Shown: in pieces, positions 11,161 through 23,200 of the stretch
Layout of the letters: each line of letters opens with the position of its first letter
How positions within the stretch are numbered: position 1 is the stretch's first letter
Source of the DNA: Azolla caroliniana
Taxonomy: Eukaryota; Plantae; Polypodiophyta
DNA: 64,000 nucleotides
Direction of reading: 5' to 3'
NCBI GenBank assembly: GCA_043228905.1
Contig: JBHGNT010000022.1
Coordinates: forward strand, 12,090,001-12,154,000
The notes under the pieces: model-generated
Seen by the model: only the letters and a program-made list of their open reading frames with translations
What the model was told of the DNA's origin: nothing
The model's database searches: none
Position numbers and translations under genes: made by a program

Positions 11161-11436
11161 GTGAATCCTGTCTCTCTTCTTTGCCTCACATGCACAACAA
11201 TAGTAAATAACAGTAAATCATGCACAACAATAGTAAACAATATTAAATAATATACAATTCAAGGAGATGTCGGATATGAAACATAATGTTAACTCCCGAT
11301 ACTTGACATATACACATATTGTCCGACTCTCAAATTCAAGCATATGCATGTACAACGTGCTCAAATGATCAAATGATCAAGGGAAACCAACAACAAAACC
11401 CTCAACGATAATAACAGATAGAATCGAACATATAGA

Positions 11437-11870
11437 TGTTAACTCTTAGGGCCGGACAATGGCCTAACACAGGGTGTCTACGGAAGACACTTCACCAAAG
11501 GGGTGTTACGGCAATAGGATTAGACCCAACGATTAATCCGACTTAATTAGGCTACTTAGCAAGATCGTCCTTAATAATCACACACGTAAGATATAACAAT
11601 GAATGCAGAACCGCAATTAACACAGAGAGATAAAAACACTAAGCTTTATTAATTAACCGCTCCTCATTACATTGTATCCAGGCCTTTAAATAGGTTTCCG
11701 GTTTGTAGTACAAAACGGTGCCATCCGCACCTGTTCGGGATCGGTCCGGATCCTGAACGGCATACCGATTCCAGTCCGTCCGTCCACACTAATAGCTTAC
11801 TTACAACCATTCCTAATAATTAATTAACTCCTCTGTTTCACACTCTGGACTCCTTTGCCGGCCGGTAACA
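11437..11870 (-). repeat. 3' LTR of the gypsy element
   Basis: TGTTAACTC...GGTAACA direct repeat. Confidence 0.95.
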
Positions 11871-11977
11871 CATGGCACGCCCGTGGGACAGTACCTTGTA
11901 CGTCGAATCCACCATCCGACCCTTGCTATTCTTCGTCCAAAATATCCAGAATGCTTTGTTCGAGAGTCTCCAATGGT

Positions 11978-14900
11978 TCATCTGGAATTGGTTGTTGTTG
12001 TCGTTGTTGTGGTTGTTGCTACTGCTGTTGCTGCTCCGTTGATGGCTACTGCGACTGGTCCTTTGGTGGCTGTTGCGGCTGCTCCTCCGTTTGTTGCTCT
12101 GACACCGGCGTTCCTGTCGTTGCTCCCTCCGTCGTAGTGGTCTTCGGTTGACTGGTTCCGGCCTGGCCCCTCAGCCGGCGATGGTTCCTCATCACTAAGG
12201 TTAACCGTTGCCGCTTCCCGTGCTTTTTCTGTCGAGAACTCAGCGCTCCTTATGCACAACGCTCGGCCACAACCGAGCTTAGAATCATACACAGAAAACA
12301 GGAAATGGAAAACACGCGACATAAAGAAAAATTGTACACTGGATGTTTACATGGAAAACCCAAACTAAGGGAAAAACCACGGCAGCCCACAAGCTGCAAA
12401 CTATCACTATGTTAGAATGTAAAACAGTGAGTTCACGGAGGCAACGACCTCGTGCTCACGATCTTCGCCACAGGCGGCGGTTAAAACAAAGGCAACGACC
12501 TCTTTCTCTCTCTCTCTCTCTCTCTCTGTACACTGTTACGCCCTCTATCTTCTTCTTGCACCAACAAGAATAACAACAACAGTAACTATAAGTTTGCCCT
12601 AAGTCATATTTATACTAATATGACTTTTCGGCTATTTACAAATATAGCCTCGATGAACTCTCAGAAACATATTTACGAATATGTCTCTTCATCCGGTGAG
12701 CATTCCTCACCGGGTCTGCACCATCCGGCTCTCCGTAGCCGGCACTCCTCATCCGGTTCTCACCGGGTCTGCACCATCCGGCTCTCCGTAGCCGGGCACT
12801 CCTCATCCGGTTCTCACCGGGTCTGCACCATCCGGCTCTCCGTAGCCGGGTACTCGTCATCTGGTTTCGGCCTCAGCCGAGTTTGTTCATCGGTACCGTT
12901 CTTCTCCATTCCCATCCGGAGGGACCTATCTCCCAACATTTTCTTCCCGAACCCGGGACCGCTCGTAGCTTTCAAACTGGATTTGAGCGTCCAACCTATC
13001 ATCGTCTAGCTGAGCTATGAGTTGTCGGACCTGCACCAACTGTTCATCTGCCAGGACTTGGAAGTCTTCGGCCAGCTCGTCCCATATGGCGGTGAAGTCC
13101 TCGGAAGTCAACGTGTAACAATCATCTCCTTCCTTCCGCCGGTTTGCCACGTCTGCCCGTAGCAATTGGAGTTCCGCCGCATTTTGTGCCCACTTTGTCC
13201 ACCATCTTACGGAGCTTTCGTCAATCAAGCGTTTTGTCTGATTCAGCCATGCCCGGAGGATGCACTGAATCCGGCCCATTCCCAATTGCGATTTGATCTC
13301 CGCTGCTTGCCGTTCCTCCTTCAATTGCTTGATGATTTTGACGTTGTCTTCCGCTTGCTCCTTGTAATGCGTCAATTGTCTTTGATATCTGCTTTGTAAT
13401 TTTTGAAATACCGTTGACGCTCTCTCCTTATCTTCCTGCTGCTGCCTCTGGAGCTCCATCTGAACCTTCTCCGCCTCGTCCAACCGTCTTGTATTTTCCG
13501 CTCGTTCATCAGCGAGCGCCGTCGCAGCCTGATCCACTTCCTGCTGGAGCTCGGCCACCCGTTCCTTATGCTCCGTTTCCAGCCATTTGTAGTCCTGGTG
13601 CAGGTGCTCAAAATCATCTGTCTTTTGCTTGAGCCGTGCGTTGATCTGTTGACGGGCCCGGTCCTCGCGGTCCTTCTGCTGGCGGAGCTCCTCCTTTAAC
13701 CGTTCAATTTCTGTTTCCGCCGTCTTCCACAGCTTGTCCTTTTCCTGCAGCACTTTGTCTTTTTCCTCCCTTAGCCGGTCGTAAGCTTGATGGCCTTTCC
13801 GGAGGCTTTCCTCTGCCCGGTGGAGGTTCTCAGCAGTCTTCTTTAATTCGGCTTCGGCCGCTGTCTTCAATTCCCGTTCACGGCTCCTTAGCGCTTCTTG
13901 TGCGGCAAGTTCACCTCTCAATTCCGCAAGCTCCTGGGCTTGCGCCGCATCTCTCTCTGGGACGGTTTCCGTTGCCGGGGTCTTATTAGTATGTACAGGT
14001 TGGTCTGGTTCTTTATTCTATACACTTACCGGAGTCACCGGTGATTGGATCTGTGTTGCCATTAAGGCCATTTTGGCCATTTCTGCCGTGACCTGATCCA
14101 AGTCTTTTTCAAGGCACCGGATTCTGGACCGGGCCGTCTCTAGTTGTTCGGTTGTGACTAGCAACCGTTCGTTGTGCGCTCTTTCTTCCGCCTCAATATA
14201 CCCCACTGCTTCGGCAATCTGTTCGCCTATCCACCGGAGCCACAAGCTACCGGTGCATTGTTGTTGCGCTTGCACGGAGGTTTGACGGATGGGCTCGCTT
14301 GTAGATGGGTGGTCCCGCCTGATTGCGCCGAGTTGCAATTCCGTTTCTGCCCGTGGACCACCCTGCTATCTTGGTTCCCCTTGCGCTTCTTCTTGGTTGG
14401 CCGAGGGAGGTTGTATTGACCTTTCCGGCTTTGGCGGAATGGGACTTGCCGGTGCTGCCGATGGTGCAGGGGCTTCTGATTCCGGTGTCGTGCGCACCGG
14501 TTCCGGTTCCTCCCTTGGCGTGGGAGTCTCAGTATGGGGAGCCGGTGTTCCCTCCGTCTGAGGGTCCGAACGTTTCCCGGCTGCCTCAACGATCCTTGCC
14601 GACGACCGTCGCTGGAGGTGCTCCGTAGGCTCCTCCTCTATTTTCTCTTCCTGAGTCCCGGCATTGAGTTTTGCCGCCAAGGGGTCCGCTTCTCTATTCA
14701 CCGGTCAGCGGAGTGTAACCTTTACGGGCCGTACCGATGGTTCCTCCTGTGCATCCGTTGGCCGCTTCCGGCTGGCGCTCTCCTTTCTCGCCTGTTCTGC
14801 GTCCGCCGCCTTCCCCTTAGTGGCCTTAGAGGCCAATAGTTGTTGTCTTTTGGAAGCCATCTTTGGGGTGCCATCCACCACTCTTCCCTGCTTCTTGGGC

Positions 14901-15442
14901 TCGACGGGTGGCACAAGCAAGGTGAGCCACTGCGTTACTACGTGCCATATCCTCTGTCCTTCTCAGCCTTCTTTGCCGTCTTTTCCTCTTACGATCTCGA
15001 TCGCCGCACACAAACCGTCTGCGATCAATACCGGCCAATCCACCTTGATCCCTTCATAGGTGGCGATGATCAACCCTGCCCGGTTTTGCGGCATGACAGG
15101 GGGTCTAGGGTACACATGGTCGTATTCGTGGAGCACACAGGCAATCTCGCAGAACAGCATATCTCCGCCGCCTTGTGTCCGGTAGCCCTTGCTGGCTAGG
15201 GAGTACTCACCAAAATACTTGATGAGTTGCTCCGAGGTCGGATTGTCGATCGTGAATATGCCTCCCTCCGGAAGGCCTGTTAACGCACGGATCGCCTCAT
15301 CCGTTATGACCTCTATGTCGATTTCTTTGATCACCTTGTCGGCTTCTTTGTGTGGCGGTACCTCCATAATCGTCAAGAAGCCCTCGAGCCCGTGTTGCTT
15401 TAGCCATTTCTTAGCGGCTTCCGACAACGTTTGCGGGTCCAT
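11978..15442 (-). pseudogene. Extra ORF downstream of pol (~900 aa reconstructed): PMD-like N-terminus, Pro/Glu-rich linker, long coiled coil
   Basis: MDPQTLSE...GIKVDWPVLI, one frameshift near 14970, then ORFs 14705-14920, 14366-14701, 14018-14338 and 12926-13921 in one frame separated by TGA/TAG. Removing the solo LTR restores REEK-AREAATV to the stop at 11978. Confidence 0.75.
12230..12938 (-). mobile_element. Solo LTR (709 bp, copia-like) nested in the gypsy extra ORF
   Basis: TG...CA ends; TSD TTTTC at 12225-12229 and 12939-12943; minus-strand GTGGTTTTTCCC...GGGTTTTCCA motif; ~55-bp tandem repeats at 12690-12865; excision restores the host reading frame. Confidence 0.9.
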
Positions 15443-15817
15443 GTCTGTGTCGAGGTCGGATTGTGGTGGCGAGGTTGGCTGGTGATGAGAGTGAGGTTGA
15501 GAGAGAGAGAGTTCAGAAAGCGGGGGTTCTCTGTGCGTAGGTTCTCGTCTGATGATCTTCCAGCGCCTTGGTGCTTCTGTGCTCCTGGGTTCGCAAAAGT
15601 ATAGGGTCTCCACGCGCAGTGGTTTTTCTCTATGCATTCTGGCGCCTTTTTCGAGTGTGTGCACGTCGTGTACTAAAATAGCATTATGTCCTGTGGTGGC
15701 GCTTAAATGCCCACTACGTACCTTTTTGCACCTCGCTCTCTCGTCCATTCATACCTCGTTTTTGCATGATTACTTCGCTTTTCTTTTCTTTTCTTTTCTT
15801 TTTAATGTGGTGTGAGG

Positions 15818-18800
15818 TTAGTTGTCCGTTGGTCCTATCGGACCCTTACCGGCCTCATTACGGTTTGCCGTCGCCTCATTCTCCCCTGTTACCGGCTTGC
15901 CGTCTCCTCCGTCTTTGTGGTTGTCGTTCCCCTCACAGGTTGTCGTTTCCTCACCGGTGTCGGTCCTTTGCTCAAATGGGTTCTTGGGCATTGGTCCTCT
16001 ATATGGCTTCAATCGGAATCCGTTGACCCATTTGCCTAGCACTTCGCCGGCAAGTGTCCCTAACTGGTAGGACCCATTATACTCACGTGTCAGCCAATAT
16101 GGACCGGTCCATCTAAACCATAGTTTATCCGGCATCTTGCCCATCCGGGTCTGAAATACTAACACCGGCTTGCCGATTGCGAACATTTTTTCATTTCCTT
16201 TCCTGTGCCGGTCGACAAATGCTTTCCGTCGCCGTTGTTCCAATTCTAAGTGCAGGATGCTTGCCAGTCGTTGTTCCTCGAGTTCACACAACGTTGTTAA
16301 CCGTATTGCCTCCGACTCCTTCTCGTTCAGCCTTTCCCGTAGCTGACTCCGTAAGCTGGGTACTTGGAATTCCACCGGCATTACCACCTCTAGTCCGAAC
16401 GCTAACCGGAACGGTGTTGTTCGGATGCTCGTTTTATATGTTGTCCGGTATGCCCAAAGCGCGCTATGTAGCTTGGTATCCCAATCCATTCGGTTTTCGT
16501 TGACGATCTTCCGGAGGATATTCTAGAGCATTTTGTTCGTCGATTCAGCTAACCCGTTTGCTTGCGGATAGTATGGTGTGCTCCGTTTATGGACAACGGC
16601 ATAGAATGTCGTCAGGCTTTCAACTACTTGGCCGAGAAAGTGCCCCCCTTGGTCACTTATTAATTCGATTGGGCATCCGTAACGGCACCAGATGTATTCG
16701 TATAGAAATTTTGCCGTTGACGCGGCGGTGTTGTCTCTTAAGGCTTTGGCCTCCACCCATTTCGTGCAGTAATCCGTCGCGACGATGACGTACCAATTAC
16801 CTGTTCTCATTGCTGGTGCTTTGAAAAGTCCAGCCCCCACTTCTGGAATGGTTCGAGTGGTAGTACAGGCTGGTGTGGCATCCGAGCCTGCTCCGTTGGT
16901 TGGCCCATTCGCTGGCATAGGTCACATTCTTTTGCGTACCATACAACATCTCTTAATGTAGTTGGCCTCCATAGGCCACTTTGCCATATTTTCTTGGCCA
17001 TCGCATCTCCGGCATAGTGACCTCCGGCAACTCCGCAGTGGGCTTCCCTCAGTATGAGGTCCTTTTCATCGCTGCGCACAGCCCGTCTCCATATGTCGTC
17101 CGCGCCCTTGTGGTAAAGTGTGTCTCGCAGTAAGCAGAAATGTTGGCTTTGCACCGCCAGGCGTTTCCTTTCATCCCGGTTCATCTCTTCTGGAGGCAGT
17201 CCTGTGCTCAGAAACCGGTGCATATTTGTGAGCCACTTGTCTTCCTGTGCCACCGTCTCATCTACTGTCGTTTCCGTAGTGACTCGAAATAGCTCCGCAT
17301 CTGGAAACTCGTCCGCTACTCCGTCGCCCGTCTCTCCGGACTCTAATCGGCTTAAATAATCTGCTACGGCATGTTGTATACCGGGTCGGTGGAATATTTC
17401 GAACTCGAATTCCTGTAACAATAAGGTCCACCGGGCCAATTTACCGGTGAGTGACGCCTTGGACACCAAGTAGAGGAGCGCAGAATGATCTACATGGAAG
17501 GAAAACTTCCTTCCCAATAAATAATGCCGAAACTTTGTCACACTGTAGATCATCCCTAGAGCTTCCCGTTCCGTGGTAGAGTAGTTCCGTTCCGCTTGGG
17601 ATAGCTTTCAGCTGGCATAGTACACTGGTCGGTACCACTTTGGCTCCATAAGTTGCATCAGTACGCTTCCGATTGCGATGTCGAAGGCGTCCACGAACAC
17701 ATGAAATTCTTTACTCCAATCTGGAGGCTGCACTACCGGTGCTTGCGACAATAGTACCTTGAGGGCCCTATAAGCCCTATCCTCGGTGTCGGTCCACTGG
17801 AATGGTGTCCGATGTACGGCGGCATGCAATGGTGTAGCCAAGTCGGCCAAGTATTGGAGCATCCGGCTGTGCCACCGGATTTGGCCTAAGAACCGGCTCA
17901 ATGCCTTTGCCGTTGCCGGCGTTGGTGCTTCTAATATGGCTTTCACTTTGTCTGGGTCGACTGCAATGCCTTCCTGGTTCACAATATGTCCTAGTAAGGT
18001 TCCACTGGACACGCCAAATACACACTTCGCCGGATTCAAGCTTAGCCGGTACGCTCTACACTTTTCTAGACAAAGACGGAGGTGCTGAAAATGGTCCTCC
18101 TCTCGGCTATAGATGGCGAAATCGTCAAGGAAAACCTGCATAAAAGCCGGGATATATTCACCAAAGATTTCCATGATGATTCGTTGAAATGTTGCCGGTG
18201 CCGTTTTGAGTCCGAACATCATCACCACGGCCACAAACACCCCCCATTCGGTGACGAAAGCCATTTTCTCTTGGTCGTCGAGGTGCATCCGGATCTGATT
18301 ATACCCGTTGAATCCGTCTAGAAAGTTATAGACCTCATGGCCGGTGACGGCATCCAACACTCCATCTGTGAACGGAAGTGGAAATGCATCCGTTATCGTA
18401 GCCGCATTGAGTTTCCGGTAGTCCACACAAACTCGAATTTTTCCATTCTTCTTCGGTAAGACTACGATCGGGCTCAGCCATGTCACTTTCTTTACTGGAC
18501 GAATAAAGCCAACTCTTAGCAGTTTGTCGATTTCCTCCTTGACTTTGGCGGCATAATTGGGATTCATCCGGTACCGTCTTTGTGCCACTGGTTTTGCGTC
18601 CTTGCTCAAGTGAATCTGATGCTGGTATAACTGAGGGTCGAGTCCTCGCATGTCTTTGTATGACCAAGCGAACACGTCGCGAAATTCCGTGAGAAGTGTG
18701 ATCATCGTTGTTTTGTCTTCAGACTTCATCTCCTTGGCGATGTGCACCAGTTTTGCTTCGTTCGTGGTCCCTAGGTTCACCTCTTCAAGTTGCGACGCTT

Positions 18801-21584
18801 TTACGCGCTGTGAAACGGCCATTTCCCGTTCCAACGCTTCCTGCGCTTGTCGTAACTCTCGGATTGCGTCTTTATCCAGTTCTGCTTTAGTCTCTTCCGG
18901 TTGTGGTAAGTATGGTGCTACTGCTTCGGCAATGTCAATTTCGAAGAGGGATACGATCTTCGGGTTTTCCTGCAAGTACTGAGCTTCTTCTTCGTCAACT
19001 AACCCTTCTAGCATTTTGACGCACTCTGCATACAACGGTGTACATTCCTTGCCAGTGCTCGTCCTTGGTTGTGTTGGTACCCGTACCTTGGCTTTTCCTC
19101 GCCAGAAGGTAATTATATTTTTCCTCCAATTCTGTTTGATATGTGCCGTTTTCAACCACGGCCGCCCCAGCAATAGCGGGTATGCACCTTGTGCCTGTAA
19201 TTGTAACACTACTGCCGAGATGTGAAATGTATGACCGCCAACGGTGACTTCTAATTTTCGTATTAATCCTGTCGGCCGCACTGAGCTTGTATCAGCCATC
19301 CGTAACCAGAACGGACACGGCTCCCACTCGTGGATTCCCAGGGCATCACACATCCGGAGGCTTATTACATTCACACCGGAGCCTCCGTCTATAACTGTGT
19401 CGGGGAGTTCTTTCCCTTTTACAATGGCAGTGATTACCGGACTGTTGGTGTCCACCACCGTTGGTCCCTCCTCCGGATTCGAGAAGAGTACCGGTGCCTG
19501 TGATGATTCTCCTGCCGTCATGGCCGTCTTCAGTCCTTCCGTGAATCTCGGCACGAGCTGTAGGAGTCTTCCTAGTGGCAGCGTAATCTGGCATTCTTGC
19601 AACGCCTTCCATGTCTCGTTGTCGGAGTGACTGCCACCGGCAAGCCCTACGGTGTTCTCTTTTTGCCGTTGTAAGTCTGTGACATTTTGCTCATTTGCTT
19701 TCTTCACCCATTCTGTCGCTTGCTTCCGGATGGTCTCCTGTGTCTCCCATTCCTTGGCCATGCCCTTCGACCTTGTGGTCACCTGCTACAGATCTGCCAC
19801 TTCAGGGACTACCATATTTACTGTCGGTCGTTTGTCATAGCTCTTCGTCGGGCATTGATTACTATAATGGCCTTCCTGTCGGCAGTAGTAGCAGTAGACT
19901 TTCCGGGTATTGCTGGATTCGGCATTGTCTGTTGTACCCGAGGCCGGTTGGCTGCTTGAAGCTCCTTGTTCCAGATCCCATGGGTAGCCGCCTTTTTTGG
20001 AAATGCCGTTTTTTGTTATAGTTCTTCTTATTGCAGTACTCTTGACGAGGTTGGTCGTTAAATTTGCCATATTCCTCCCGTTGTTGATGATACCCGGGGG
20101 AGTGCTCCCGGTCGTAATGTTCGTATCGTCTATTGTAATCCCGGTACCGATCATATCTATCGTACCGGTCATAGTTATCCCGCCGATCACCGTACCGGAC
20201 ATCATGCTCCCGTCGATCGCCATACTGGACATCCTGTGCCGGTCGGTCGCGGTCCATTCGCCGCCAGCGTTCCTCTTCTTCATCCCGGCTATTGCGTGGC
20301 TCTATTTGTCGGACGGGCGGCACTTGCCGGTTCAATAGATTATACTCGCACCTATCCGTCATATGGCCCTTGGATTAACAAATTACACATTGCATCCTCA
20401 TAGTGCATTCTAGTGCCGAGTGTCCGGAATTCAAGCGGGTTGTGCACTGTATTGCTTGCTGAAACCGGAGGTCTTCATCGGACGGTAACGCCCGTTGGAG
20501 GGCTCCCAGTGTGAGCCAGGAGCTTGTCTTTTCCATCTCTCTCACCCGGTCAATGACCTGGTCGATGTTACTTGCGCGGAAGTCAATTACCGTGCAAACC
20601 GTGCGTAGGGGTTCTCAGAGTGTATTTAGGAATATAGTCCGTAATTCCTCCTCTGGGGGTGCGCGGGCAAGCTGACTATGCATCCGTTGAAACCGGATGA
20701 CAAACTGGGGAATGCTCTCCCCTGCCTCTTGTCGGATGGTATAAAACTAGCCCACCACTACTGTCTGGTCCACCTCCTTTTGGAGAAAATGCAAGAATTT
20801 AGCTTTTAAATCTGCGAAGGTGGTGATGGTAGACGGGTCCTGCGTCCGGCGCCATCTCGCTGCCGGTCCCTCCAATGTGACGCCAAATTCTGCTATCTTA
20901 GAGCGTTCCTCTTCTTCCGGGGTCAATCGCTGGGACACATGGTTTGCTTCCCATGTCTGTTCAAAGGTGTGAACATGAGCTTCCGCGTTCGGATCATCTC
21001 TATACTTGGAGTACTGGAACAACATGTCGTCGTCCGGCATCGGTGCGCGGGCTGGCGGATTTTGGTGGTCGTTCCTGGTTTTTCTCCGGCGTCGGTGGTC
21101 TTTCCTCTTCTTTTGGTGACGGAGGCCTCTCCTCCTCGACTTCCGGTGTCGGAGGTCGCTCTTCCTCTGCTGGTTCCGGAGGTTCCAGCCTTAGCACTTC
21201 CGGTTCCGGTGTCGGTAAGGTATCTGATCCTTCGTCCTCCAGTCCGGCCGGGGTTTCGTTGCTGCTACGGTAGTTCGTGTGCACGTTGTATTCCCCTTCG
21301 GAATCCGATTCATACGCTGAAAAGGCTTTTGCTTCGCCTTCTCCGCTTGCCAACTCCTGGAGAAGGGATTCGGTTTCCCGGAGGCTGCTTAGGCTGATGC
21401 CGTCGTCCGGGTGCAATGTTTGTTGTAACCAAAGGGACTCCTCCGCTACTCTCCGAATTACGTTGGAAAACGAGCGATCCGCTCTAATTTCCTGCGCCGC
21501 TTGTTGGAAAGCCTCACGTCTCCTTTGCCTTTCGGCAAGACGTCGAGTTCGATCTGTAACCAGGTCGTGCATTGATCTAGTCAT
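15818..21584 (-). pseudogene. Gypsy gag-pol with frameshifts and stops
   Basis: Gag; zinc knuckle CYYCRQEGHYSNQC; protease VIDGGSGVNVI; RT VCVDYRKLN...FLDDF; RNase H VFVDA; integrase H-H-C-C, KWGLDF, ISDQGGHF, QANGLAES. Confidence 0.93.
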
Positions 21585-21615
21585 CCATTCGTGTCGTCGT
21601 TCGCTGCAAAAACAG

Positions 21616-21631
21616 GAATCATGATCGCCAA
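21616..21631 (-). promoter_or_regulatory. Probable primer-binding site TGGCGATCATGA (non-Met tRNA)
   Basis: Minus strand reads CAGTTTT-TGGCGATCATGATTCC after the 5' LTR. The T-run spacer resembles Athila/Tat; tRNA identity not established. Confidence 0.6.
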
Positions 21632-21637
21632 AAACTG

Positions 21638-22071
21638 TGTTAACTCTTAGGGCCGGACAATGGCCTAACACAGGGTGTCTACGGAAGACACTTCACCAAA
21701 GGGGTGTTACGGCAATAGGATTAGACTCAACGATTAATCCGACTTAATTAGGCTACTTAGCAAGATCGTCCTTAATAATCACACGCGTAAGATATAACAA
21801 TGAATGCAGAACGGCAATTAACACAGAGAGATAAAAACACTAAGCTTTATTAATTAACTGCTCCTCATTACATTGTATCCGGGCCTTTAAATAGGTTTCC
21901 GGTCTGTAGTACAAAACGGTGCCATCCGCACCTATTCGGGATCGGTCCGGATCCGGAACGGCATACCGATTCCGGTCCGTCCGTCCACACTAATAGCTTA
22001 CTTACAACCATTCCTAATAATTAATTAACTCCTCCATTTCACACTCTGGACTCCTTTGCCGGCCGGTAACA
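21638..22071 (-). repeat. 5' LTR of the gypsy element
   Basis: Direct repeat of 11437-11870. Confidence 0.95.
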
Positions 22072-22467
22072 ACAGATAAACATGTCCCAAACATCATTAT
22101 GGTTGCAGATGTAAGAAACAAATAGAAAACGACAAAAATAGATAGAATCAAACATACAAATATAGCGTAAAACAAGTACCAAATGTCGTTGTCGAAGTCT
22201 TTGAAGAGGGGACGCGATTGAAGCACACCGAGTAGAGGGAACCAAGTATGAGGGAACACTTGGAGGTAGAGGGAACACGACTAGCAAACCCTAAACCGAT
22301 GCGAAGAGGACACGATGTGCAGACCACACTTCAGAGAACCCTTGAGAGAGAGAACGTGGCCAGTAGAGGAAAGCTCGAGAACATGGCCAGTAGAGGACAC
22401 AGTACAGCGGTTGAGAGAGAGAAAACCTAAGAGAGAGGACACGACGAGGACATAGTTGAAGACATGA

Positions 22468-22724
22468 TGTCGATGCAACGAGGACACAGTACAACAAGGA
22501 CACGATACAACACCTGATGTCGATGTAACGACGACACAGAACAACAAGGTCACAACTTACTGTTGTTGCAAAGAGGACACGGTGAAGACACAACTAAAGA
22601 CCTAAATAAATGTCGATGCATTGAGAACACAGTACAACGAGGACACAATACAACACCTGATGTCGATGTAACGACGACACAGAACAGCAAGGTTACAACG
22701 TACTGTTGCTACAAAGAGGACACG
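22468..22724. repeat. 143-bp-period tandem duplication in the putative divergent promoter/UTR region of the DNA transposon
   Basis: TGTCGATGCA...CAACACCTGATGTCGATGTAACGACGACACAGAAC at 22468 and 22611. Confidence 0.8.
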
Positions 22725-23200
22725 ACAGGCATGGAATGGGTTTAGGGTTTGTAGAGTGAGCAGAGAACGTGGATAAACCTCCGCATAAGTTGGAAGAGGG
22801 AGGGAGGGAGGGGGGTATGAACGTAATGAATTCTCGAGTAGAAGGGGGAAGGAAAGAGTGCGAGAGAGAAGAGGTACGAACCTAGGGAATTACCAAGTGT
22901 AGAGAGAGAGAGAGAGAGACTAACTAACTGACTGTTCGACATAAACTTGTTAATTGCCAAGAGAGACAGAGTGGATGATTGACTGACGACTCGAGATCTT
23001 ATATAGTTAAGACCTCCTTACAACATTACCTAGGATTTTAACACAAGTGATGTTTATTTGTATTTGAATTCTATTTTCATTGAATGTGACTTTTAATTTT
23101 AAGACAAGTGATCAACTTTTTAAACCCAAATACTAGATTTATTTTAACATTTTGAAGTTTTTCCTCCACATGGAATTAGTACTAAAGTTTTGGCCAAAAG

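Larger units (their letters stand above)
11437..22071 (-). mobile_element. Full-length non-chromoviral Ty3/gypsy (Athila/Tat-like) retrotransposon, mutationally inactivated
   Basis: 434-bp LTRs at 11437-11870 and 21638-22071 with ~11 substitutions counted by eye; near-TSD ATAGA/ACAGA; gag-PR-RT-RH-INT order followed by an extra ORF. Confidence 0.96.

Noticed and set aside
12690-12865. Repeat-encoded ORFs 12620-13009 and 12636-12860
   Set aside because: Tandem repeats inside a solo LTR; not genes.
19783-19788. In-frame TAG between gypsy gag and protease as programmed readthrough
   Set aside because: The element has several other CAG>TAG/CGA>TGA-type stops and frameshifts, so decay is the simpler explanation.
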